Shown here one piece after another: positions 17,554 to 26,216 of a stretch of 49,909 nucleotides of DNA. A program made the translations under genes and the position numbers. This DNA comes from Candidatus Hodarchaeota archaeon (GTDB lineage: Archaea > Asgardarchaeota > Heimdallarchaeia > Hodarchaeales > Hodarchaeaceae), in assembly GCA_016839785.1 (NCBI GenBank), contig JAEOTQ010000166.1:1-49909 (forward strand). The letters run 5' to 3'. The notes beneath the pieces are model-generated. The model saw nothing but the letters and a program-made list of their open reading frames with translations, was not told where the DNA came from and made no database searches. The stretch's first letter is position 1, and each line of letters starts with the position of its first letter.

Positions 17554-18090
17554 ATGTCTCTAAATTTCAATTTTCTCGCCAAGATATTATTGCTTGGTGA
17601 ATTTCGTGTGGGAAAATCGTCGATGGTACTTCGTTACGTGGAAGACCGATTTCCAGGCGATTATATGGCCACTATTGGCGCAAATTTCCTTGTAAAATCT
17701 GTAAATTTAAATTTGGACGGAGAATCCGTTAGGGTTGGATTACAAATTTGGGATCTGGGAGGTCACACAAGGTCCACTCAAGTAGGACGTGTTTTTTTTC
17801 AGGGAGTATCTGGTGCTTTGCTTGTTTATGATCTTACTCGTCCTGACACATTAGATAAAATACCGTTATGGCAAGACCAACTCAGGAAATATTCTCCTAA
17901 TGCAAAATTGTATTTAGTGGGGAATAAGAATGATTTAAGTGATGAACGACAAATTTCTACATCAGAAGGGGAAAAAGCTCAGGAAACGTTCAAAGTTGAG
18001 CATTTTTTTGAGACTTCTGCGAAAACTGGTGATCATATCCAAGAAACATTTGAGCACATGGCATTATCGCTCATTGAACTTAATCGATAA
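17554..18090 (+). CDS. Rab-like small GTPase (atypical G3)
   Basis: GEFRVGKS, TIGANF, WDLGGH, NKND, ETSAK. Confidence 0.92.
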   Translation: MSLNFNFLAKILLLGEFRVGKSSMVLRYVEDRFPGDYMATIGANFLVKSVNLNLDGESVRVGLQIWDLGGHTRSTQVGRVFFQGVSGALLVYDLTRPDTLDKIPLWQDQLRKYSPNAKLYLVGNKNDLSDERQISTSEGEKAQETFKVEHFFETSAKTGDHIQETFEHMALSLIELNR

Positions 18091-18143
18091 AATGAGTTCC
18101 ATTCATATAAGTAACTACAATTCTCTTAGATGAGATTCTCAAC

Positions 18144-18512
18144 CTAGCTAGCCATTAATTCGTCAAAAGAGTTAACATGCTCAAGTGTTTCTTTGAATAG
18201 TTGTACATCTGAAGAGGTTACTTCATCATTAATTTCTAGAAATTCTAATATATCAAAAAAAAGATTTTTTGCGTTTGGAAAATTGGTTGGAGCCTCTGGA
18301 AGAGAGGAAAAAGCAAATGTTAATTTATCTGTTACTGTGGCCTCAGGTACCCGGAGAGCATTCCGAATTGTTTGTACATAAATCTCATCATCACTAATTT
18401 TTGAAGCAATTTCCATACGTTTCTTTGCAACTCGAGACGCATCATGGGATAATTTTGGTGGTGTAAAGATCCTACGGAAAAAGCGCACAAATCGGTTCAT
18501 TTTGTTTGACAC
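18144..18512 (-). CDS. Hypothetical protein with amphipathic N-terminal helix
   Basis: 122 aa ORF; N-terminal MNRFVRFFRRIF. Confidence 0.65.
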   Translation of the reverse strand: MSNKMNRFVRFFRRIFTPPKLSHDASRVAKKRMEIASKISDDEIYVQTIRNALRVPEATVTDKLTFAFSSLPEAPTNFPNAKNLFFDILEFLEINDEVTSSDVQLFKETLEHVNSFDELMAS

Positions 18513-18646
18513 TCATCCAAAATTAAAAAATTAGTATATGAGTTCTTCTAATCCAATTCTTTTTAAGGCCTTTTTGCTTCTTAATGTTTACATTATTCAT
18601 ATAATTGATAAATCTTGTTATTTGAAGAGGAAAATTCTTCCATTGA

Positions 18647-19729
18647 TTGTTAATGTTTTTTAAGGAGGTCAAAGATTTGGCTGAGAAACAGACTACTGGA
18701 TATTCAGAAGGGATTGTCGGAGTACGGGTAAAAAGATTCTTAGGTTTATCAGTAATAAACATCGCTAAGGAGCTTCTAGAGCAAACTGAGAAAACAGAGA
18801 GAGAAAAAGTATTGGAAACGATCATTCTTCCTCTTGTAAGGGAAACTTTTAGTCTATCTGCTGGTGATAACCCAACAGCTCAAGCCAAATTATTTCTTGC
18901 ATCCCTTGGGTTCTCCCCCTGCGAGATCGACTGGAAAGAAGATACACGGATTGGTACCATTCTCCTCGGTAAAGGGAGAATATGGCGTTCTTCCTCTGAA
19001 AAGGAGGAAAAGCTTGTAAGAAGTTTATTACTTATTGTTGTGAAAGGTTTAGGATTTGCGTTTATGGGTACTGCTGTTCAGGCATCATTCATGAATTCAG
19101 AGACATTATCACCTCGTTTCACGTATGAAATACAATTTCGTGCTGCAGAAGACGTATTTGCGGAGGTGATTGGTACAGAAGAAGAGATTCCAGGTGTTTC
19201 ATTGTCAATTACTGTTCTTTTAGACCCTATTCTTGGTACTGGTATTCGAGCACAAGATGCTGCCAGGTTTCTTATTGAAGCAACAAGAATAGTTGTAGGT
19301 GAGAACTTTCCTTCGTTATTAGAACGTAAAGATATTATTGACAAACCTTTGAAAATCCTTGAACTTTTCTACATCAATATTGATGATGCTGACAAATTAA
19401 ACGAATATGCACATCAAATAGGGGAGATAATGGTTAAAAATATCCGTTTAGAATTCCCAAATTTGAAAAATCATCAATTGCTGAAAGGTATTGGACTACT
19501 TCCCATTGATGAAATAGATGAATTATTATTCTATGGTTCCGTGGAAATCTGTGGCATGGGAGAAAGAGGATCAAATTTATCTTTCTGTCACTTTTTAGGA
19601 CAGATGTGGAGTGGTTATGCTTCTGCAGTCCTTAATAAACGATTTCATATGGATGAGGATCCACTCTGTGCAGGAGGAACAGGTACAAAATGTATTTTCA
19701 CCTTATCTGAAGTGATCAATACAAATTAA
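18647..19729 (+). CDS. Protein with C-terminal V4R domain and probable degenerate N-terminal V4R/Bet3-like domain
   Basis: C-terminal FCHFLGQMWSGYASAVL...EDPLCAGGTGTKCIFTL; N-half LASLGF...IVVKGLGFAFMG...YEIQF shows the same topology without Cys. Confidence 0.72.
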   Translation: MLMFFKEVKDLAEKQTTGYSEGIVGVRVKRFLGLSVINIAKELLEQTEKTEREKVLETIILPLVRETFSLSAGDNPTAQAKLFLASLGFSPCEIDWKEDTRIGTILLGKGRIWRSSSEKEEKLVRSLLLIVVKGLGFAFMGTAVQASFMNSETLSPRFTYEIQFRAAEDVFAEVIGTEEEIPGVSLSITVLLDPILGTGIRAQDAARFLIEATRIVVGENFPSLLERKDIIDKPLKILELFYINIDDADKLNEYAHQIGEIMVKNIRLEFPNLKNHQLLKGIGLLPIDEIDELLFYGSVEICGMGERGSNLSFCHFLGQMWSGYASAVLNKRFHMDEDPLCAGGTGTKCIFTLSEVINTN

Positions 19730-19898
19730 TGATACCTTCTTTCAACTGTCCTCTCCTTTTATTATCATCAACTCGTTTCTATAGCTTTAAAAAGGAGAGA
19801 ATGATAATATTTAGAAAATCTCACCTTAAATCAGTCTTCGATGCTTAGAAACCGAATAAAAGGTGGGTACTAGGTATTCTTACGAATGAGTGATTCTC

Positions 19899-20234
19899 AT
19901 GGTAAATTTTTGCGAAAAATGTGGTGCCTTACTACAGCCGACTAGGAATGATGATGGTTCAATTTCTCTGTACTGTAAAGTATGCAAGGAAGAATCCAAA
20001 GAAGAATTCAAGAATCAATCATACCAAATAAAATCGAAAATTGACCATTCAGAGAAAGATAGGCTGACTGTGATTGAAGACGAGTTTGATGTTCGACCAA
20101 CCGCTCGTGTAATCTGCCCAAAGTGTAGTCACAACGAAGCTCGTTATTGGGAGGCTGAAGATAGACGAAAGGAAGAATGGGAAACAACTACCTATTATCA
20201 ATGTTCTAAGTGTAATTGGGTATGGTCTGAGTGA
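19899..20234 (+). CDS. Transcription factor S / RpoM (RPB9/TFIIS-like) paralog
   Basis: Two Zn ribbons FCEKCG..YCKVC and CPKCSHNEA..YQCSKCNWVW; non-canonical acidic hairpin EDRRKEEWE. Confidence 0.88.
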   Translation: MVNFCEKCGALLQPTRNDDGSISLYCKVCKEESKEEFKNQSYQIKSKIDHSEKDRLTVIEDEFDVRPTARVICPKCSHNEARYWEAEDRRKEEWETTTYYQCSKCNWVWSE

Positions 20235-20292
20235 TTTTATTCAGATTTCTTGCGAAATCAATCTGACAAGAGGATTCTCACAATATTTCGTT

Positions 20293-20802
20293 TCATTCAG
20301 GGAGTGAAAATTCCCAGCCGCAGTGAAAATCTCTTTCTAGATCGTCTGGTGGGCAAGCAATAACTTTAGTCTGAATTCGAGGATCTATAGTTTCTGCAAA
20401 ACCAGCATATTCCACTAGGCCAACTTCCTTGCATGGAAAATGGGGTAGTTTCTTTCTTTCGCGAGCAGCTTGGACCCTACAAGTTTGCATTTTGAAAACC
20501 AATTTGATGGGAGAGATTCTATCAATTTCTTGGACATTAATGGTTGCATAAAGACGAAATGAGAGAGCTTTTTCTAATCCCTCTAAACCTGATCCTTCTT
20601 GAATATTAAATACATTCATTATACGTTTTGCTTCCACAGTCGTGAACTTCTTCCATCCTTCTTTGTCAATTTGAATGGCTTCCTCTAAGCCATGTCTCTT
20701 TTCTGCAGCTAAAAACCAACATCCATCGTGTGCTAACCAATTTTTGGCGTACATTCTGATAATTTTTATTAGGTCCTCTTTTGCTAATTTTTCTAATTCC
20801 AT
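20293..20802 (-). CDS. DUF6125-like protein (V4R/ATC-hydrolase-like Cys-containing fold)
   Basis: AKNWLAHDGCWF, CRVQAAR, FPCKEVG, IDPRI, CPPD, CGWEF. Confidence 0.7.
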   Translation of the reverse strand: MELEKLAKEDLIKIIRMYAKNWLAHDGCWFLAAEKRHGLEEAIQIDKEGWKKFTTVEAKRIMNVFNIQEGSGLEGLEKALSFRLYATINVQEIDRISPIKLVFKMQTCRVQAARERKKLPHFPCKEVGLVEYAGFAETIDPRIQTKVIACPPDDLERDFHCGWEFSLPE

Positions 20803-20806
20803 TTCT

Positions 20807-21493
20807 TTATCCCTCGCTGATTGAATTTGGATATTTTTTCTTCAACAGTTCGATGATAATTTCTTCAAGATCACTAATCGAAAACGTTTCATTTCTCAAT
20901 GTGAGGTCAAAAAACTTCTTTTCCCGGAAGGAAATCTCATAAATTCTCTCTAGTCGATCTCCGTCAGTTTGATCGCGGGATTGAATTTTTTTTATTAGTT
21001 CTTCCTCATTCATACGGAATTCTGCCCGGGTAGGATCGTTGCTTATTCGTTTTGCTATTACATGTGCAGCAACTTCCAACCAAATAGTAGTACCATGGGT
21101 TCCAATGGCAAATGGGGCCATTCTTCCTACAAAAATTCCCCCTTCAAGTAGTGCCGTCTTCAATGCGTGTTTTTCAATCCCTAAATCTACCTTTTCTGCA
21201 AATTCATTGTCTTTAGTGCTTTTAATATGCGCCATGAATTCGTCCATGTTCTTTTCATCCCATCCCGATTCAACAGCTATCTTTCTGACGAATTCTCCAG
21301 CGTGAACCAATCTTAGAGAAAGATTATGATGAATTTCGAAATATCTCTGAACAATTAATGCTACAGTATCTTTTCCAGTACCTGAAAACCCCCCAATTGC
21401 AATTATGGGAGTTTTTTTCTTGTTGATTTCTTGTGAAAATTCGGAAAGGAGTGATTTTTCAAATTCCTTCAGGCGAGGTATGAGGGTACCCAT
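20807..21493 (-). CDS. cmk: Cytidylate kinase-like P-loop NMP kinase
   Basis: IAIGGFSGTGKDT, AGEFVR, VD..I, GR, RD..D..R...Y pattern of archaeal Cmk. Confidence 0.72.
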   Translation of the reverse strand: MGTLIPRLKEFEKSLLSEFSQEINKKKTPIIAIGGFSGTGKDTVALIVQRYFEIHHNLSLRLVHAGEFVRKIAVESGWDEKNMDEFMAHIKSTKDNEFAEKVDLGIEKHALKTALLEGGIFVGRMAPFAIGTHGTTIWLEVAAHVIAKRISNDPTRAEFRMNEEELIKKIQSRDQTDGDRLERIYEISFREKKFFDLTLRNETFSISDLEEIIIELLKKKYPNSISEG

Positions 21494-21510
21494 ATTTTAT
21501 GCAGCGTCCA

Positions 21511-22293
21511 CTATTTAAAATTAGGTTTTCTTTTGTTGAGGAATGCATTGACCCCTTCTTTGACATCCTCATGTGCAAAGCATAGGGCAAATAATTCACC
21601 TTCCATCCTTATTGCATCAAGAAGGGAATTTTCAGGACCTCTGTTAATAGCTTCTTTAGCCATATTCAAAGCAAATGATGGCCCCTTTGCTAGACGGGAG
21701 GCTAATTTTAGAGTTTCTTCTTCGAGATTTTCAGCAGGTACTACTCTGTTAACTAGTCCGAATGATTTTGCAGTTTCTGCATCAATATTCTCACCCAAAA
21801 AGATCATTTCTTTGGCTCTACCTGATCCTACTAAGCGTGTTAATCGTTGCGTTCCCCCAGCACCAGGAATCAATCCTAGTTTTATTTCTGGTTGTCCTAC
21901 AATGGCTGTGTTACTGGCTATTCGTATATCACAGGCCATGGCCAATTCAATACCTCCTCCTAAACAATAACCGTTAATCGAAGCAATCACAGGGATAGGT
22001 AAATCTTCAAGCTTATTCAGAGTTTCTTGGAGTCTCAAGATGATGTTCCTAATGGTTATTGGAGATTTTCCTTCAAACATAGTAATGTCTGCACCTGCGA
22101 TGAAGGATTTTTTTCCTACACCTGTAATTACCACAACCTTGGTATCTTCAGATTGAGATAACTGTTCAACACAATCATGCAATTCTTCAATTGTTTTTTC
22201 GTTTAAAGCATTCAGTGCTTTTTCGCGGTTTATTTTTATTGTAGTTATCCGATTCTCTGTAGTAACAATAATATTAGAATAAGTCATAGTCAA
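21511..22293 (-). CDS. crt: Enoyl-CoA hydratase (crotonase family)
   Basis: FIAGADI, GGGIELAMACDIR, QPEIKLGLIPGAGGTQRL; both catalytic Glu residues present. Confidence 0.9.
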   Translation of the reverse strand: MTMTYSNIIVTTENRITTIKINREKALNALNEKTIEELHDCVEQLSQSEDTKVVVITGVGKKSFIAGADITMFEGKSPITIRNIILRLQETLNKLEDLPIPVIASINGYCLGGGIELAMACDIRIASNTAIVGQPEIKLGLIPGAGGTQRLTRLVGSGRAKEMIFLGENIDAETAKSFGLVNRVVPAENLEEETLKLASRLAKGPSFALNMAKEAINRGPENSLLDAIRMEGELFALCFAHEDVKEGVNAFLNKRKPNFK

Positions 22294-22496
22294 TAATCAT
22301 CCTACTAAAATTATAAAAAAGCCTCTTGTTGAAGAATTCAAATATCTATTGGGAAATGAGATATTCTGAATGCAAGGGATGAAAATTAATCGTAATTATC
22401 CCCTCAAATGGATTACTTCAGTTGTTCCCCCACAACAAATTATATAAGATATCTTGAGGATTTTCTATGCCGTTTACTATAAAATGAGGATTTAGA

Positions 22497-23924
22497 GTGA
22501 AACATCTTACTCCGTTTGCAGAATTTTTGCTTGAACGTCTAAAATCTGCTTCGGTGACTGAACAGGAAGCGTTAGCAATTGCAATGGGGTTTGAACCAAA
22601 TATTAATACTAAAATTCGATTTAAATACCTTGAAAGGGCTGTTGAAAGTCAGAATGTAAGTGTTAGAAGGGCAGGAATAATTGGAATAGCCTTTTCATCT
22701 ATCCTAAAAGAAGGGAAAACACCCAAACACCAACAAAAAGTCTTGAAAAAGCATTTCAAAGATCCTCTTTCTTCAATCAGAATAACATCAGCACTAGGAC
22801 AAGGGATTAATGCTTACTTCACACATAACTCCAAGGTCAAGAAAAAAATCACTAAAGAAATCAAAAAGAAGATTAAAAAGCAATCGGCGCAGGTGAAACA
22901 AGGTCTTGTCATCAGCATGGGGCTTCTCGGAGGAAAACATAAATCTACAAAAAAGGATTTCAAATATTTAATGGAATCCTATCCAGCTTTTAAAGTTGAA
23001 AATCCTACACTTTATGTTATAGGTTTTGTTTTAAATGCGATAAATGCGGGGAATCCAGAAAATGCCGCGGATTTCATTTTAGAATCGATTATCCCCCCTT
23101 TAACGAGCAAAGAAAGTAGACGGATAGCAATTATCTGTTATGCATTCCTAATCCCTCTCATAGCAGATCCCTTTTTACGAATGGAAAAGCTAAAAAGGCT
23201 TATTCATGGAGAATTCGAATTTCAATCAAAATTTGGAACGGATCTTGCAATAATTTTCACTTTTTTTTCTTTATATGAGGATGAACCGATGAAACGAAAA
23301 TTTTTGCATTCTCTAGACCAGATAAAAGAACTAGACCCAGATTATGGTCAGATTTTTCAAATCTTATCCACTAATAACCAGATAATGGAAATTTTGATAG
23401 ACCTAATAAGAAGCAATACAATGGATATTAAAGCTGCAGGCATTAATGCAAGCTTCTTTTTGGAAACAACTGAAGAGAAGATAGATCTTGAGCCATTTAT
23501 TCAGGAGGGGTTCACTCAGCGAGATTCAGGCTATTTTGGACGCTTTTTAATCCTATTAAGATCATTTTCTTTTTGTTTACTTGAAAATAAATATTCCTAT
23601 GCAATTTATTTTGAACCATTTATTCATTCCAGTGATCAGCAGGTGAAACGAATTGCTAGCCTTGCATTTTCATGTCTTTATCAGATGAATCCAGAAAATG
23701 AAGAAAACCTGGATCTCATTGAACGTCTACGAAAAGAGCAAGATGAAAATGTTCGTTGGGGGTTGATCATAGGGTCATCATTACCCCAGATTATCGGAAA
23801 ATCAGCTTTGGATGATGAACTCATATTAGGAATGCTATTGTTATGCTTAGGTTTTACAGAGGCGGGTATGTCCTTAGTTTTATCGCAAGCAATGGTTCCT
23901 GCTTTTTATCAAGAAAAAGAATAG
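22497..23924 (+). CDS. Alpha-helical repeat protein (HEAT/PC-repeat-like)
   Basis: Repeats VRRAGIIGIAF, IRITSALGQGI, VKQGLVISMGL, SRRIAIICYAF, IKAAGINASFF, VKRIASLAFSC, VRWGLIIGSSL. Confidence 0.75.
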   Translation: MKHLTPFAEFLLERLKSASVTEQEALAIAMGFEPNINTKIRFKYLERAVESQNVSVRRAGIIGIAFSSILKEGKTPKHQQKVLKKHFKDPLSSIRITSALGQGINAYFTHNSKVKKKITKEIKKKIKKQSAQVKQGLVISMGLLGGKHKSTKKDFKYLMESYPAFKVENPTLYVIGFVLNAINAGNPENAADFILESIIPPLTSKESRRIAIICYAFLIPLIADPFLRMEKLKRLIHGEFEFQSKFGTDLAIIFTFFSLYEDEPMKRKFLHSLDQIKELDPDYGQIFQILSTNNQIMEILIDLIRSNTMDIKAAGINASFFLETTEEKIDLEPFIQEGFTQRDSGYFGRFLILLRSFSFCLLENKYSYAIYFEPFIHSSDQQVKRIASLAFSCLYQMNPENEENLDLIERLRKEQDENVRWGLIIGSSLPQIIGKSALDDELILGMLLLCLGFTEAGMSLVLSQAMVPAFYQEKE

Positions 23925-23926
23925 TT

Positions 23927-25390
23927 CTAAATTCGATTCTTCCAACGGAAATGATTAACCATATAACGGAAAACCTGAACCATTTTTGCTGGACTCGAAA
24001 ATAGGGGATAATTCTGTGATTGTAAATACTTTACTCCAGGAGAATCTGCTGGAACTAGTAACGTAGTAATCAATATTGGCTTCCTAAATCTATCTGAAAG
24101 AGCTAAAATTTCCTTGAATAATTCTACTTCAGCATGGATAATAAAATCCAAATTGGCTTTATCATCTTCTGGAATTAAGGGTGAAGATTTAGCTAAATTT
24201 GCAAGAAATGAAAACCCACCAATTCCAAGTAGGAAAATGGCTTCAACTTGGGGCATTTCTTCAAAAACAATAAGCATGATCTCTCTCAGAGCGTCTAAGT
24301 TTAAAGATGCAACAGTATCAATTGGATTTCCTTTGGACCAAAATGGTGGTAAGAGGTCATTGATTCTCTCAAATGCATTATCTGATAGTGGTTCAAGCCT
24401 GATTCCATGGCGAGAACATTCATCAGCCGCCATAACTCCCCAACCTCCTCCTAAAGTCAATATTACTACTTTTCCTCTAGGGAACTCCCAATCTATCCAA
24501 TTTGAAAACGCTAAAAATAAATCAAACATTTCTTCAAGTGAATTTACAATAATACTTCCAGCATTTTGCATAATATTCTTGAAGACGGCATCATCCCCTG
24601 TAATGGCACCAGTGTGAGAATGTGCAGCACGTCGGCCCGCCGTTGTTCCTCCTGCTTTTAGGATAATTACTGGTTTGATTTTAGATATTTCCTTAACAAG
24701 TGAAACAAACCTTCTTGCATCCTGTATTCCCTCAACATACAGTCCGATGACCTGAGTTTGGTTATCTTGCTTCCCAAAATATTCAAGGTAGTCTGCAATT
24801 GTTAAATCTGCCATATTTCCTGCAGATACATAAGTATTCAAACCAATTCCTCTACGGGATGCCACGGATATACCAATTGTTCCAATATTTCCAGATTGGG
24901 AAATAAATGCGAGGCCACCCTGTTTTAGTTCCTTGACAGGCCACATTACAGCTGTTAGATTTACTCGTGTCGAGACTATCCCCATTCCATTCGGACCTAT
25001 AATGCGTATGTCATTCTCCTTTGCAAATCGACACACTTCTTGTTCAAGTATATCCCCCTCGTGTCCAGATTCTTTGAATCCACCAGATATAATCACAACA
25101 TAGTGGATTTTCCGTATAGCCATTTGTTCAAGGATTGATAAAACTTTGACGGCAGGTATGATTATTATTACTAAATCGATTTTTACATCTTCAGGAACAT
25201 CCAGAATTGTAGGATAGGCTGTATGCCCCAAGATCTTATCACTTTTAGGATTGATAGGATAAAAAGATCCAGTATAGTTATTTTGAATGATGTTATGGGC
25301 CACAATGAATCCCCATGAGGAAATGTTGTTACTCGCCCCAACAAGGGCAATAGATTCAGGGTTAAAGAAGGGATCAAGATCAAGGGCCAT
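23927..25390 (-). CDS. acdA: ADP-forming acyl-CoA synthetase, alpha subunit
   Basis: FFNPESIALVGAS, YPINPK, IGPNGMG, ISQSG, AHSHTGA (phospho-His), NPID. Confidence 0.88.
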   Translation of the reverse strand: MALDLDPFFNPESIALVGASNNISSWGFIVAHNIIQNNYTGSFYPINPKSDKILGHTAYPTILDVPEDVKIDLVIIIIPAVKVLSILEQMAIRKIHYVVIISGGFKESGHEGDILEQEVCRFAKENDIRIIGPNGMGIVSTRVNLTAVMWPVKELKQGGLAFISQSGNIGTIGISVASRRGIGLNTYVSAGNMADLTIADYLEYFGKQDNQTQVIGLYVEGIQDARRFVSLVKEISKIKPVIILKAGGTTAGRRAAHSHTGAITGDDAVFKNIMQNAGSIIVNSLEEMFDLFLAFSNWIDWEFPRGKVVILTLGGGWGVMAADECSRHGIRLEPLSDNAFERINDLLPPFWSKGNPIDTVASLNLDALREIMLIVFEEMPQVEAIFLLGIGGFSFLANLAKSSPLIPEDDKANLDFIIHAEVELFKEILALSDRFRKPILITTLLVPADSPGVKYLQSQNYPLFSSPAKMVQVFRYMVNHFRWKNRI

Positions 25391-25557
25391 TTGTATTCAT
25401 CTTCAGGGATTCAAAATAAAATATCAAGAAGTAATCAAATCTCTACCGACATGTGTTCTGTCCAAAAATTTTTGAAAACAATAATAAAGATTCTGCGGAT
25501 GAGTAATTGAAATGTATCTGTTATCTAGAGCTCTAATCTCTTATTAATCCTAACTCG

Positions 25558-26040
25558 GTGATGAATTTGGAAATAATTCAGAATGAGGAAATTCTCTCTG
25601 TGTGGTCTAATCTGGTACATCCGCCAAAACAATTAAGAAAGAATGCATTAGAACTGACTATAAATACAATTGACACTTTCTACAGTCAGGGACATATCGA
25701 TTTTGGAGGAAGTGAATTTAGATCAGCAATACTGGAAAATGTTGCTCCAATTATTGAAGATGATCCTAAATATGCATGGTGGAGCCTCTCGCCTGGTCAA
25801 TATCTGATTACGTACAATGAAATATTAACCGACGAGAGTTATATTGCATTCGTTTACCCTCATACGCGCTTATTTCAGACTGGTAGTTCACATCCAGCTT
25901 TCTATTGGTCACCTACATCGAAAAATCAGAAAATTACAACAATTTTACATGTTGGTGAACAAGGTATAAGACTGAAAGAAAATTCTCGAATTTCCACAGC
26001 AATAACATATCAGAATCCTCCAAATGATGATTTTCAATAA
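25558..26040 (+). CDS. dUTPase/dCTP deaminase superfamily protein (archaeal short type)
   Basis: ELTI...GHIDFGGSE, WWSLSPGQYLITYNE, GIRLKENSRIS. Confidence 0.72.
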   Translation: MMNLEIIQNEEILSVWSNLVHPPKQLRKNALELTINTIDTFYSQGHIDFGGSEFRSAILENVAPIIEDDPKYAWWSLSPGQYLITYNEILTDESYIAFVYPHTRLFQTGSSHPAFYWSPTSKNQKITTILHVGEQGIRLKENSRISTAITYQNPPNDDFQ

Positions 26041-26216
26041 ACTGGGAAGAAGGGTGAATAATCATTCTTTTAGCTTAATTCTAATTAATTTTTGGTGATT
26101 GAGTCGTGCAAGGCCATAAAATATAAAGCATTCACTATTTCTCTGCAAATCAGATCGTCGTAAAATGTATCTAATTCGAAATTTATCTGCTTTTGTAATT
26201 TAGGGTTGACATAAAT

